DNA of 64,000 nt from a virus (IMGVR_UViG_3300029288_000060:204813-268812); one strand, 5' to 3'; counted from the stretch's first letter, positions 8,994 through 19,866 are shown. Numbers and translations: made by a program. The notes: generated by a model from the sequence alone, not told the origin.

Positions 8994-9212
8994 TTATGCT
9001 GTAGTAAATGGTAGATTATTTTCCACTATTAAGACTAAACTATCATCATCTTTTATAATACAACCAAGAACAACCTCTCCATCCCAACTTAAATAGGGAA
9101 AACATTTATGGGAATATACGGATACTCCATCTATATCAGATGGAGAGTAACCATTCATCTTGGATAATTTTTTAAATTTATCTATAAGACCATCTCTAGT
9201 GTATAATTTCAA
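8994..9212 (-). CDS. hypothetical protein
   Basis: TTG start behind GGAGG. Confidence 0.5.
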   Translation of the reverse strand: MKLYTRDGLIDKFKKLSKMNGYSPSDIDGVSVYSHKCFPYLSWDGEVVLGCIIKDDDSLVLIVENNLPFTTA

Positions 9213-9244
9213 TTTTCCTCCATTAAAGTTTTGAACTATCTTTT

Positions 9245-9574
9245 TTATTCTTCTAAGTTTTCTCCTAATTGGATTAATAATTTTTTTGCTTCCTCATATG
9301 CAGTTCTTGTTTCCTCACTATTAGCATTAATCGAAATACTCAACACTAAGTTTTTTAATGACATCTTCATTTTTTTATTTTTTTCTACCTCTCTATATAA
9401 CTTAGCCGTTGGTGAACTATGTATTTTTTCTAAATCTCTTTCTGCTTTCTTTTTTTCTCGTTCTGCTACGGTCTCTGGATGATGTTGTTTACAAAATCCG
9501 TCTTTCCATTCTTTTCGAGAACATCTAGAACTACGCCATGATCCTGAAAGCCAAACTCTTGCTGTACATTGCAT
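9245..9574 (-). CDS. hypothetical protein with N-terminal C-C-CxxH finger
   Basis: ORF with AGGAG RBS. Confidence 0.55.
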   Translation of the reverse strand: MQCTARVWLSGSWRSSRCSRKEWKDGFCKQHHPETVAEREKKKAERDLEKIHSSPTAKLYREVEKNKKMKMSLKNLVLSISINANSEETRTAYEEAKKLLIQLGENLEE

Positions 9575-9595
9575 TTTATTCTCCTATTTCCTTTA

Positions 9596-9826
9596 TTAAC
9601 CATATTGACCATCTTCGCCCAAATATCCTTGTTCACCATGGTCCCATTCTGTAGGAGCCATGTACTCTATTTCTTCTTTGGACTCTTTCTCTAAAGGAAC
9701 ATTTAGGTGCTCGTAATAACCTCTGGGGTTATGGGTATTGTGCCATCTATCCTTATGCTTATTACAACAAAATTTAGGTCTTTTAGTTTCTTTCCCGCAC
9801 CATAGACATCTATTCATTTTCATCAA
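9596..9826 (-). CDS. small zinc-finger protein
   Basis: CLWCG...KFCCxxH. Confidence 0.55.
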   Translation of the reverse strand: MMKMNRCLWCGKETKRPKFCCNKHKDRWHNTHNPRGYYEHLNVPLEKESKEEIEYMAPTEWDHGEQGYLGEDGQYG

Positions 9827-9835
9827 AAGTCTTAC

Positions 9836-10063
9836 CTACCTCTTATAAATTTGTTTTTTATGACATTTACATTTTTCATTATATATTTTACCCATATCCT
9901 CCCACCATCCCCGTCCAGTAAAATCTTTAAAATTATAACAAAATTGTTCTTGCATTTGACCACATTTTTTACAATATCTTCTATATGGATTATATTTATC
10001 ATAACGAAATAAAAATAAATTTCTTAAAAAATCAAAAACCATTTTATTTATCCTCTTTATCAA
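9836..10063 (-). CDS. hypothetical protein
   Basis: ORF, CKKC motif. Confidence 0.45.
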   Translation of the reverse strand: MIKRINKMVFDFLRNLFLFRYDKYNPYRRYCKKCGQMQEQFCYNFKDFTGRGWWEDMGKIYNEKCKCHKKQIYKR

Positions 10064-10472
10064 CTAGCTTCCAAAATTCTTTATTAATAAGTTTTGCATA
10101 TTCAGGAGGTAAATCTTGGCTATTAATTTTTTCTATTATTTTAATTGATTCCACAAGTTCATCATAACTACGAGATTTCTCTAGTTGGTTGGCAGCGAAG
10201 AGAGCCAGAATTTCATTCATTATTATTACAACTTTGGTATCATTTAAGAAACCAATTCTAATTATATCTGTTACCTTTTGTCGTAGTTCAAGTTCATTCA
10301 TGTTTTCATTTTTTACTAAATAATTTTCTTCATGCAGTACTTCAAGAAATGCTTGAATTAAATCAACAATTTTAGATCTTTCCCATCCTTTAAATTGGAA
10401 ATTCGAATTAATTACAAGTTTATCATGTCTATCTAAAACTTTTTTTGCAACCAATAAAAAATCAATCTCCAT
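10044..10472 (-). CDS. hypothetical protein
   Basis: ORF with GAGGT RBS. Confidence 0.55.
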   Translation of the reverse strand: MEIDFLLVAKKVLDRHDKLVINSNFQFKGWERSKIVDLIQAFLEVLHEENYLVKNENMNELELRQKVTDIIRIGFLNDTKVVIIMNEILALFAANQLEKSRSYDELVESIKIIEKINSQDLPPEYAKLINKEFWKLVDKEDK

Positions 10473-10502
10473 AATAACCTCTATTTTCTCTCTTATTGAT
10501 AC

Positions 10503-10901
10503 TTATTTCCCAGTTGCAAGGTCTACGTCTGGAACTATTATCTGTGGACGGAAAATAACCTTGTAGTGATAAACATTCACTGGAGCTTCTTTTAATTGTT
10601 CAGCAAAATAGGTCACATTATCCGAAAGACCAAGATAATGTTTCTTATACTCTGTATTTGATGTTTTACACGTTACGGTAACAACCCTTTCACTAGCTCT
10701 TATATCAATTGAACATCTTCCTTCTATTGAAAGCATATATTCTTTTTGTATAGAGTTATAAAAAACAATACGTCGTTCTATTTGAAATTGGTCTGCTGCA
10801 ACAGAAATATTATGTGAAGCCACGTCTGCTTCTTTTGAACATCCTACAAGCAGAATAATACAACTTATTAATAATAACATCAACTTTGCTAAAATTTTCA
10901 T
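10503..10901 (-). CDS. conserved phage lipoprotein
   Basis: LVGC lipobox followed by EADVASHN...AADQF.I.RRIVFYN, a pattern recalled from many phage lipoproteins. Confidence 0.7.
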   Translation of the reverse strand: MKILAKLMLLLISCIILLVGCSKEADVASHNISVAADQFQIERRIVFYNSIQKEYMLSIEGRCSIDIRASERVVTVTCKTSNTEYKKHYLGLSDNVTYFAEQLKEAPVNVYHYKVIFRPQIIVPDVDLATGK

Positions 10902-11233
10902 TTTTTCTCCTTTATCTCTTTTGAGAATTTTATTAATTCAGTTCTTGCCTTCTTATTTTTTGTTTTTTTAGTCTATTATATATATTCCACTTATAATAAT
11001 ATTTATAATTGAATAAGTATAGAAAAAACTTTTGAACTTTATTAAGATTTATTTTTGTATAAATATCCCATTCTTCTTTATTTGGTATATAATTACCATA
11101 AATTATCATTTTGACAAGCCTCACTTGTTTTCTTCAAGATCAACCACCTTTCTTACCTCCTTCAGGAACTTTGACAACATTCCGATATTACTACGTTTAA
11201 CAAAACATGAAAATGATTTTAATTTATTAAAAA

Positions 11234-12472
11234 TTAAACTATCAACATTAATTTTTCTTTAGCTCTGGTACATGCAGTATATAACCATTTTTTCATATAC
11301 TCATCATCCCAATAATAACTTTTTTCTAAAAAACAAATAACTTTTTTAAATTCGCTTCCTTGACTCTTATGAACACTAATACAATATCCAAAATCACAAA
11401 CATCAATTGTATTTGTATTCACATTCTTCATAGTTTTTTTATTCTTCTTTATAAGTTCTGGTAACATACTTAAAGAATCTTGATATTGTTCTTTTCCAAA
11501 ACACCCATTATAAACTAAACCTGAGTAAGTTCCTTCAGTATTATCTAACTCTATTGTCATATTATAAATATTTTTTGCTTCATATAATAAGAATAAGTTT
11601 TTTCCTATCATGCCATTAAAAACTTTTGAATTGTAATTATTTTTTAAAAAGATAACTCTTTCACCTGGGTATGGTTCTGGGTTAATAAACCCTAATTTAT
11701 CTCTTATTAATTGATTTACACTTACCCTTGTTTTATTTAAACCACATAATATAATCATGTCTTCATCAACAAAATTTAAATTATCAAAAATTTGTTTACA
11801 TTCTTTTGAATTCCAAGAAATTTTAAAAATACCCTTATTGTTTTTATCATAAAAACCCATTGGAATATCTTTACCATTTCTTATATCCTGTGATAATCTA
11901 ATTATTGGATTATCTAATGCTTGTCTCATGATCTCTGTTAGTAGGTAATCAGGTTTTTTCATTAAATTAAATTGTTCTCCTACCGGAGGAAGTTGACCAT
12001 GATCACCTACTGCTATAATTGGTATTTCATATTCAATTAAATCTCTCCAAATTTCCCTATTAACCATAGAAGCTTCATCGATAAAAATTAAGTCATATGG
12101 AATAAAATCTTTCTTAATCCAATTAATTACTACCATTTTATGAATATTTTTATCATATCTTAATTCTGGTTTATAAATTAAACTATGTATAGTTCCAACA
12201 AAATCCCCTTCAAAAATAGCATTATTTTCAACCAACTTACTTTTTAAAACACTTGATGCTTTACCAGTAAACGTTGCAAAAGCTACATTTGTATTTTTAA
12301 ATTTATCTTCTATTTCATTTCTAATTATTGAAATTAAAAAAGTTTTTCCAGTTCCTGCTAATCCACCAATTGTTATGTATTTAAAATCAGGTAAGATATT
12401 TGATTTACTTAATGATACACCAAGTCTATCCATAACTTTCTTAAATACATAATTCTGATCATTTGTTAACAT
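11234..12472 (-). CDS. dda: Dda/RecD-like SF1B DNA helicase
   Basis: Walker A GLAGTGKT, IDEASMV, GDHGQLPPV, HKSQGSE, YTACTRAK. Confidence 0.9.
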   Translation of the reverse strand: MLTNDQNYVFKKVMDRLGVSLSKSNILPDFKYITIGGLAGTGKTFLISIIRNEIEDKFKNTNVAFATFTGKASSVLKSKLVENNAIFEGDFVGTIHSLIYKPELRYDKNIHKMVVINWIKKDFIPYDLIFIDEASMVNREIWRDLIEYEIPIIAVGDHGQLPPVGEQFNLMKKPDYLLTEIMRQALDNPIIRLSQDIRNGKDIPMGFYDKNNKGIFKISWNSKECKQIFDNLNFVDEDMIILCGLNKTRVSVNQLIRDKLGFINPEPYPGERVIFLKNNYNSKVFNGMIGKNLFLLYEAKNIYNMTIELDNTEGTYSGLVYNGCFGKEQYQDSLSMLPELIKKNKKTMKNVNTNTIDVCDFGYCISVHKSQGSEFKKVICFLEKSYYWDDEYMKKWLYTACTRAKEKLMLIV

Positions 12473-12475
12473 TAT

Positions 12476-12835
12476 TTACTTCTTATTTACTTTATTATCA
12501 TAATATTTTGTAATACTAGAAGGTTGAACTTCAAATATATCTCCCTTAAATTCAAATCTTTGCATATTAATTGCTTTTGTTACTTCTCTTTCATAAATAA
12601 TTTTACTTGCTGAAATACCAATAAAAATACCAAAAGCAATAAATATAATTGTAGTAAAAGCATGTCTTTGAAACCATTCCCATGAATTCATTAATTTATT
12701 TTCTTTTATCATATTATTCTCTCCTTCATATTCATATACCATTGTTTTTTCTGATTCATTGCAAATTTCATCTGGATCTTCTAAAGGAATTGGATGTTGA
12801 TTAGCAACTGCATCATTTAGTGGACTATTACTCAT
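12476..12835 (-). CDS. membrane protein (one TM segment)
   Basis: Hydrophobic AFTTIIFIAFGIFIGISA; next to transglycosylase. Confidence 0.55.
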   Translation of the reverse strand: MSNSPLNDAVANQHPIPLEDPDEICNESEKTMVYEYEGENNMIKENKLMNSWEWFQRHAFTTIIFIAFGIFIGISASKIIYEREVTKAINMQRFEFKGDIFEVQPSSITKYYDNKVNKK

Positions 12836-12836
12836 T

Positions 12837-13400
12837 TTATCTCCTTTTATTTTTCAAATTTTTTGCTAACTTTATTACTTTGTCTGCATAATCATAAGAT
12901 TGTTTTGGTGGATTTGTACCACCATTATAAGAAGCAAGAGCGTATCTTAAATTATTATTCCTATACTTAATCCAATCCTCTAATTTTTTTGCTCCTCTCA
13001 TAATATCAATAATTGCAAACTCATAAACATCATGTTTTGTAGCTTGCATAATTCCTTTATAACCAGCAGAAGATTTTGCATTCTTATCCATCTTTGATTC
13101 ATAATATGCAATTGAAGTTAGTAACTTGTCATCTATGTTTGTAACTTCCGAAGCAACTTTAATTGAGAAACTAACTTCTTTAACATAATTATTAGACTTT
13201 GATAAATTAGGAATTAACGTAATTAAATCTTGTTGAATTTGTTCCGCTTTATCTGCTTTATCATTTATCTTTATCGGTGTAATTATTTTATTACTAAGCT
13301 GAAAAATTATGCAGCTTATTAATAAGATCAATAAAAAAGTTTTAATTATTGAAGAAAATAACCTAAAAAATAACTTTATGTTACTTATATTCTTATTCAT
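12837..13400 (-). CDS. lytic transglycosylase (SLT family) with N-terminal membrane anchor
   Basis: IAYYES catalytic Glu, SSAGYKGIMQ, ALASYNGG. Confidence 0.85.
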   Translation of the reverse strand: MNKNISNIKLFFRLFSSIIKTFLLILLISCIIFQLSNKIITPIKINDKADKAEQIQQDLITLIPNLSKSNNYVKEVSFSIKVASEVTNIDDKLLTSIAYYESKMDKNAKSSAGYKGIMQATKHDVYEFAIIDIMRGAKKLEDWIKYRNNNLRYALASYNGGTNPPKQSYDYADKVIKLAKNLKNKRR

Positions 13401-13442
13401 TTTTTAATCCTCCTATTAAAAAATACACCCCCTTATTCTAAA

Positions 13443-13457
13443 ATTAATATATGTAGT
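13443..13457 (-). promoter_or_regulatory. motif A promoter-like element (CTAYATATATTAAT on minus strand)
   Basis: Also at 42869, 44648, 46622, 49535, 49655, 53446, 53800 and 57053, each just upstream of a minus-strand unit. Confidence 0.65.
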
Positions 13458-13676
13458 ATAAAAAAATAAAACTAATTATTAATTTGTTCTGATTTAAAAT
13501 ATAAAAATCTATGTAGTTCTAGAAACAAACTATTTTTTAGGAAACTTTTTTTATTTGTTAGAACAAACTTTTGGTTGGGAGAGAGGACATGAAACTTTGA
13601 TTAATATTATAAATCTAGGTTTCTAAATAAAAACTTAAAATAATAATTTAAATAAAAAAGATAGATTAGTTAGAAT

Positions 13677-13955
13677 AACACCCAGTGCTGTGGGCACCCG
13701 CCCCCAAGGCGGCGTGGACGCACATCACTCACTGGGGGGTTAAAAAAGACACTAACTGTAGCGTGCGCAACCGCGCAAGACGCTACGATATAAACTAGAT
13801 ATATAATAAAATACAGGTACAAAAATTTCTACAAAAAATTCTTGAATAAGTAAATCTAATTATAATAGAGAAAATCTATATTAAAGTGTGCAGAAGAAAA
13901 CACACTTCTCAATTCGACCACGCTTGGTGCGGGTCTCCTTTCAAGTGTTTTCTTC
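13677..13955. other. three GC-rich hairpins in a gene-free divergent region (candidate origin or ncRNA)
   Basis: cccagtg/cactggg with ccgcc/ggcgg apex (13681-13736); gtagcgt/acgctac (13758-13786); gaagaaaacac/gtgttttcttc (13893-13955). Confidence 0.5.
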
Positions 13956-14166
13956 CTTCTTTTTGTTAAAATTTTTATAGAAAAAAATTAAAACTATTAG
14001 AACAAATGTTTAAATAAGTTATAGCTCTAGTCATAACTATATTTCAAATGATTTTTCAAAGGAAAGGGTTGAATATTTAGTAGAACCAGGAAAATATTTT
14101 GACATTTGAAAAAGTCAAAATATAACTTTCGTAAGGATTTAAAAAACATAGAAAAAGGAGATTTAA

Positions 14167-16173
14167 ATGTATAACCAGGATAATTCAGATAAGGTTTTCT
14201 TCAACCAAAATGTTATTTATTACAAAGATAAAAATTATAATTCAGGAGGAAGTTTAGAAATTACAATAAGTAATAATACTAATGATTATAAAACTTTTTC
14301 TGCACCTATCTTACTAATTTCAGTAATCGGAGAAAATAATCTCAGACGTTTGTGTACTTTAACATATGTTGATAGTGTAGATTTATACAATTCAATAAAT
14401 TTTATTATTCAAAACATAGAAAGTATTTACGCTACAAATAGGTCAAACGTATTAGCTAAGAAATATAATTTTGATAAAACTTTAAAATTTGAGTTTATCC
14501 AAATTCCTGGAATAAATGATAGAGTAGTTTCAATTTCAATAATTCATAATACTTCTGATTTTACTAAAGTTGTAATACCATATTCAGTATTTATTTCTTT
14601 TGCTATTGGTATTTTAAAGTTTTTTGTAAACCAATACATAGATATATCCTTTTCAATGTCTACAAGAAATTTATTAACTGAAATACTAGAGCAAAATAAA
14701 ATGATAAGAAATGGTATCACAGTTTTACCTTCAACATTATTTGAGATAGATAATAAGATTAAGGTAGAAGAAAGTAATCAAGGTTGCGCGACAGATTTTG
14801 CTGTTTCTGGTAATCAAGAAGTAACTAATGATGATATAGTAAAAACTATTGATGACTTTGACAAATTCTTAGGTAAAGATATGGAAAATATTGTTTTAGA
14901 CGACCTTAATAGTAAAGCTATTACAGAAGAAAAAAAGAGTAATAATGTTGAAGTTACTAGTTCATTTATAACTAAAACCTTGACAAATGATATGTCAGTT
15001 TTAGAAAGTATGTTAACATCTGCAGTCACAAGACCTGATCCAATGATTTCTTTATTTGAAGGTTTTAGAAGAAGCATGAATTTAGATGAATCATTTACAT
15101 TTTTACCTTTAATTTCTTCACAAGATTTAAAATCCTTCTTATATATATCTAAAATAACTCATGATTATTATTTAAATTCTTTTATAAATAACAATAAATC
15201 AATACCAAGTGGTTTTTCAGTTTTAAAATATAATATAGAAGACCATAATAAGGTTGATTTTATAAATACACAAATATCGTATGATCTTTTATTAATTACA
15301 GGTTTTATGAAAATTTTTAGAAACAAAATTGAATCTCGTGAAGCAGATATTAATAAAAATGGTTCTTTATTTTATTTAAGACTAAGAACATTTTTAGATC
15401 CGTTAGTTTATTCATTTTTAGATGAAACAAAAGGAAATATGATTAATACAATCATATGTAGTAATTTTGATAAATATTCATCTCTTGGCTTTTTTAATCA
15501 TTATCAAAAAATATTAACTGAAAATAAATTTGAGGAAATAACAGTTAATGATATAAGAAATTTTTGTAATGAAGTCAATGATAGAATATTAGTAAAAGGT
15601 TTATTATCTGTAAATATTAATGATATTCATGATAACTTATTTAAAACTGGTTTTTTAAGAATAAAATCAGATAGTAAGTTAAGTATAGAACAAATAATAA
15701 ATGAGTTAATTCCATTAGAGATTATGGAAAAAAATGGAATGGAACTAAAAGAAGGGTCTGAAGAACTTAAAAAAGTTTTAATTAATTATACTATATCAGA
15801 TGATGTATTAAATGCTTTTTTTAGAAAAGAACCAAAAATAGAAAAAATAACTAACATTTTAAAAACTGTTAAATTTTATGACAATGAAGTTCCAGAAAAA
15901 TGTAAAAAAGAATTTTTTGATTATATAGAACAATTAAAAGAATTAAATTTTGATTTTTCAAACTCTCCATTTGAAATAGAAGAATTTGGAGAAAATATTA
16001 TTAAGTCTTTATATGTCTGGAATGAAAGTGATAATAAGAGAGAACATTTAACTTCTTATAGAGAAAAAGTCGAAGAATGTTTATTAACAAAAGATTTGAT
16101 TTTAGCAAAGTATAATAATGTAGTATCAGATACTAATAATAGCGAAGATTGGAATTTAGATCTGTTTGATTAA
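14167..16173 (+). CDS. large hypothetical protein
   Basis: 668-aa ORF, AAGGAG RBS, acidic C-terminal tail; no recognised motif. Confidence 0.75.
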   Translation: MYNQDNSDKVFFNQNVIYYKDKNYNSGGSLEITISNNTNDYKTFSAPILLISVIGENNLRRLCTLTYVDSVDLYNSINFIIQNIESIYATNRSNVLAKKYNFDKTLKFEFIQIPGINDRVVSISIIHNTSDFTKVVIPYSVFISFAIGILKFFVNQYIDISFSMSTRNLLTEILEQNKMIRNGITVLPSTLFEIDNKIKVEESNQGCATDFAVSGNQEVTNDDIVKTIDDFDKFLGKDMENIVLDDLNSKAITEEKKSNNVEVTSSFITKTLTNDMSVLESMLTSAVTRPDPMISLFEGFRRSMNLDESFTFLPLISSQDLKSFLYISKITHDYYLNSFINNNKSIPSGFSVLKYNIEDHNKVDFINTQISYDLLLITGFMKIFRNKIESREADINKNGSLFYLRLRTFLDPLVYSFLDETKGNMINTIICSNFDKYSSLGFFNHYQKILTENKFEEITVNDIRNFCNEVNDRILVKGLLSVNINDIHDNLFKTGFLRIKSDSKLSIEQIINELIPLEIMEKNGMELKEGSEELKKVLINYTISDDVLNAFFRKEPKIEKITNILKTVKFYDNEVPEKCKKEFFDYIEQLKELNFDFSNSPFEIEEFGENIIKSLYVWNESDNKREHLTSYREKVEECLLTKDLILAKYNNVVSDTNNSEDWNLDLFD

Positions 16174-16191
16174 TAAAAAAGAGGATATAAA

Positions 16192-16803
16192 ATGAGTTTG
16201 AAATTAGGCAAATCATTTAATAGAAATTATGTAATTAGATTACCTTTCCTAGATGGATTTTATGATATTGGGTTATTTTATAATACAAAATCATCTTTTT
16301 TACTATTTAGTGTTGACTCAGATTTTTCACAATCTAAAAATAGAGAGTTAAAACATAGTAACAAAGTTAACATGTTTAAAAATATTGAATCTTCAAAATT
16401 TTGTGAAACTTTTTTAAATTTACATAATTATAGAAGTACCTCTTTAGATATTTTAAATCAATTTAAAGAAATAAAAAACGATTATACATTAGATGTTAAT
16501 TTTTTATTTAATGAAAGTATAGTCATGTCAAAAATTGAAACAGATGAGTCAACATTTTATGACACATTAAATTTATATTGCTTTACATTATCAGCATATA
16601 TAAATGAATTTTTATTTTTAATTGCTGAAAGACAAAATATTATTTCCAAACTTCATAAAAAAGTTGTTAGAAGTAGCGCTATTCAAATTTCAACTTCATC
16701 TCCATTAGAACTGATAGATGAATTTTATGAAGAAGCAAGAAAAAGTAAAATAATAGACGTAACAAAAAGAGTGCCTACAGATGGAATTATAAAAATAGAG
16801 TAA
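16192..16803 (+). CDS. hypothetical protein
   Basis: 203-aa ORF, GAGG RBS. Confidence 0.7.
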   Translation: MSLKLGKSFNRNYVIRLPFLDGFYDIGLFYNTKSSFLLFSVDSDFSQSKNRELKHSNKVNMFKNIESSKFCETFLNLHNYRSTSLDILNQFKEIKNDYTLDVNFLFNESIVMSKIETDESTFYDTLNLYCFTLSAYINEFLFLIAERQNIISKLHKKVVRSSAIQISTSSPLELIDEFYEEARKSKIIDVTKRVPTDGIIKIE

Positions 16804-16822
16804 AAATCTGGAGATTTAAAAC

Positions 16823-18043
16823 ATGGCTGATGAAGATAAAATAGAAACTAGATATAACTATTTTTGGATACATAATGTATTTGGAAATTTTGTCAAGGAT
16901 ACAATGGATTATTTTTCTGATTATCTTTATCCCAGATTTTCAGATTGGAAAATTATTGGCACATACGACAAAGCTGTTGAACATCTTAGTAAAGAAATTC
17001 AACACGCAAGAGAGATGGATCAACCATTAAGACCAGCTCTTGTGCTTGATCCATCTGGAGATTTTAATTTTGATGAAACTTATGGAAAGCAACTCTGGAG
17101 ATTTCCGAATCTTGCTCCAGGTCTTATAAAATATTTATTTAACCCCATATATCAAGATGAAAATATTTTAATCACTGTTGGTTTTAGTAGACTTGTGGGC
17201 GAATTTAATTTTACAGCATTATTATCATCATTTTATGAATATACTGACATGAGAGTTTTTTTAAACTTAATTTTTGGAGGTACAGAAAGACAAATTTATC
17301 CGAGATGGTTTAATTCATTTATTATTTTACCTGAAGAAGTCTATAATTATAGATATTCTAATGACGTTACTGGATTATCTTATAAAATCAATATAGAGGA
17401 TTCTTATAATCAATTAATAAAAACAACAAATACAAATGAAGTTGTTTATCCATGTACTATTTTACCAAGATATAAATTAACTGGAATGACAGATTCTTCA
17501 GGAAGATTAGGTGGAGTTGATAATTTACCTGATTGGAAATTAGGCTTTACTATTTCATATGAGATTGAAATTCCTACTTTTATAGTTTTGGAAACTAATT
17601 ATTTAGTTGAAAAATTTACAATTAACGTTAAATATGGTTCATGTTATACAGCAAATAAAGCATATGAAACGTCTGAAAATCCTCCTGTAAATATAGAATC
17701 ATTTGATGGTAATTTAGATTTTGGATTAGATTCAACAGCAAATTCAACTATTACATATCCAGATGAAGCTGTAATTGATAATATAAAATCAAGATTGGTC
17801 AAGACTAGATATTATCATATTGTAACTGAAAGTGAAGCTGCGTCAACTACATATGTTGATATAACTATTCCAGAAACTGTTACTGATAATAATTTACTTA
17901 GGTTAAATGGAAAATATGGAAATCTAGTTTATGGAGATAATTATACTATAATAGATAGCGGAGTAACAATAAGAATAAATAAAGAGAATGTAACATTAGA
18001 AAAAGATGATATTTTAGAAATTTTTATTTATGAATACATTTAA
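16823..18043 (+). CDS. hypothetical protein, possibly virion structural
   Basis: 406 aa, acidic, Tyr/Thr-rich, beta-strand-like C-terminus; structural role is inference. Confidence 0.5.
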   Translation: MADEDKIETRYNYFWIHNVFGNFVKDTMDYFSDYLYPRFSDWKIIGTYDKAVEHLSKEIQHAREMDQPLRPALVLDPSGDFNFDETYGKQLWRFPNLAPGLIKYLFNPIYQDENILITVGFSRLVGEFNFTALLSSFYEYTDMRVFLNLIFGGTERQIYPRWFNSFIILPEEVYNYRYSNDVTGLSYKINIEDSYNQLIKTTNTNEVVYPCTILPRYKLTGMTDSSGRLGGVDNLPDWKLGFTISYEIEIPTFIVLETNYLVEKFTINVKYGSCYTANKAYETSENPPVNIESFDGNLDFGLDSTANSTITYPDEAVIDNIKSRLVKTRYYHIVTESEAASTTYVDITIPETVTDNNLLRLNGKYGNLVYGDNYTIIDSGVTIRINKENVTLEKDDILEIFIYEYI

Positions 18044-18055
18044 AAGGAATTTAAA

Positions 18056-18646
18056 ATGAAGTTAGAGGATCAAATTGTTGAAGTTTTTAATGAAAGTTAT
18101 TTTATAAAAAATAGTTTTATATGTAATAATGTTGAAAAATTAATAGAAGTTATTAATAAAATAATAATGACAATTAAGTCAGGAAATAAAATTTTAATTT
18201 TTGGAAATGGTGGATCAGCATCTGATTCTCAACATATGGCATCAGAGTTTGTAAATCGTCTTAAAATTGACAGATCTCCATTACCAGCGATTTCTTTAAC
18301 TACGGATACATCCATAATAACAAGTATTGGTAACGATTATAGTTTTTCTGAAATATTTTCTAGACAAGTTAGAGCAATTGGTAAACCTGGAGATATTGCA
18401 TTTGGTATCACAACAAGCGGGAATTCAATAAATATAATAAAAGCATTTGAAGAAGCTAAAAAAATAGGTTTATTTACAGTTTGCTTAACTGGTAATAATG
18501 GTGGTAAGATTAATGATATATCTGATTTATCATTAATTGTATCTTCTAATAATACTCAAAGAATTCAAGAAACTCATATAATGATAATACATATTATATG
18601 TGAATTAGTTGAAAAATACTTTAGCGAGGGGTATTTTAAAATATGA
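18056..18646 (+). CDS. gmhA: D-sedoheptulose 7-phosphate isomerase
   Basis: GNGGSASDSQH, IGNDYSF, TTSGNS, RIQETH motifs. Confidence 0.93.
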   Translation: MKLEDQIVEVFNESYFIKNSFICNNVEKLIEVINKIIMTIKSGNKILIFGNGGSASDSQHMASEFVNRLKIDRSPLPAISLTTDTSIITSIGNDYSFSEIFSRQVRAIGKPGDIAFGITTSGNSINIIKAFEEAKKIGLFTVCLTGNNGGKINDISDLSLIVSSNNTQRIQETHIMIIHIICELVEKYFSEGYFKI

Positions 18647-19179
18647 AATTATATCAAGAATTTTTAATGGGTCAAGATGAAAAAGTTGAAAAAGAAATTA
18701 ATGTAGCAGGAGCAGTAATTATAAGAAGAAATGAGGAAGATTCATTTTCAGTTTTAATAATACAAAGAGCTTCAGATGACCATTGGCCTTTAATACATGA
18801 ATTTCCCCGAGGGAAGTGTGATAAGGGTGATAAAAATAAACTTCATGAATGTTTAAAACGAGAAGTTAAAGAAGAAACTGGACTTAATATTGTTATTATC
18901 AAATATATAGATAAATATGAATATATTGCAGACGAAGGAAAAAGAAAATCCACACAATATAATTATTTATGTATGATGACTAATCCAGATCAAAAAATTA
19001 AGTTATCTAAAGAACATCAAGATTATAAATGGGTTTCAAGTATGGGTGAGGTTGAGTTACTTGTGCCATCAGAAATGAAGAAAACTATTTCTAAGGTTCT
19101 TAATAAAAAAGAACAAATCGTTTATTATCCTAAGACTGATGAAGTTATTGAAGAAACACAAAAAAGATGGATAAAATAG
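18643..19179 (+). CDS. NUDIX hydrolase
   Basis: Nudix box G...REVKEETGL, LSKEH. Confidence 0.88.
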   Translation: MKLYQEFLMGQDEKVEKEINVAGAVIIRRNEEDSFSVLIIQRASDDHWPLIHEFPRGKCDKGDKNKLHECLKREVKEETGLNIVIIKYIDKYEYIADEGKRKSTQYNYLCMMTNPDQKIKLSKEHQDYKWVSSMGEVELLVPSEMKKTISKVLNKKEQIVYYPKTDEVIEETQKRWIK

Positions 19180-19180
19180 A

Positions 19181-19699
19181 ATGTTAAAATTGATTATTAA
19201 AACAAAGGGTTTGTTTATTAATATTCCTGGTGTTCCACCATTTAGAACACCTGCGGAAATTGATATTACAAAATTGAATCTAAACATAATAACTTCAGAA
19301 CTTAAAAAAAATGGTATAGCAAGCTGGAAAATTATTTCTGGAGAAACAGAAATAATTGAACCACATCCTAAAAAAGTTAAAGACACTACATCAACAACTG
19401 AAAATATTATTAATATAGATAAACAAGATGAAGTTTTAGATAAACTTAATAAAATAGAGAAACGTTTAAATGACTTTTTGAATGGAGACAAATTTGTTTT
19501 AGCAACTGTAAATAATACAATTAATGATAATAAACAAATAAAAACTAAAAAAGTAAAAGAAGATGAGGTAGATGATTTTATACCTTCTATTAATTTGAAT
19601 AATTTAACATTAAAAGGTAGAAAGAAAGTAGGAACAACAATTAAAGAAGAAACAAACTATCAATCATCTGCAGAAAATTTAAAAAAATATAAAAAATAA
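19181..19699 (+). CDS. hypothetical protein
   Basis: 172-aa ORF directly upstream of the actin-like gene. Confidence 0.65.
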   Translation: MLKLIIKTKGLFINIPGVPPFRTPAEIDITKLNLNIITSELKKNGIASWKIISGETEIIEPHPKKVKDTTSTTENIINIDKQDEVLDKLNKIEKRLNDFLNGDKFVLATVNNTINDNKQIKTKKVKEDEVDDFIPSINLNNLTLKGRKKVGTTIKEETNYQSSAENLKKYKK

Positions 19700-19866
19700 G
19701 TCTAATGATTTCAACCATTTATTTTTCTTGTGGTAATATAATAGAACGTGTTAATTTGTAAATTATCTATACTATAAGTTATTAATAATATTAAAGAATT
19801 TTCTTGCAAAATTCTTCTTGAACATATTTTAATTCTAAATTTTTTAAAAAGGAGAAATTAATAAAA

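Noticed and set aside
394-11262. Numerous plus-strand ORFs in the left arm, and short antisense ORFs within the glycan genes
   Set aside because: Antisense to RBS-bearing, tightly packed genes, with no RBS or motifs of their own.
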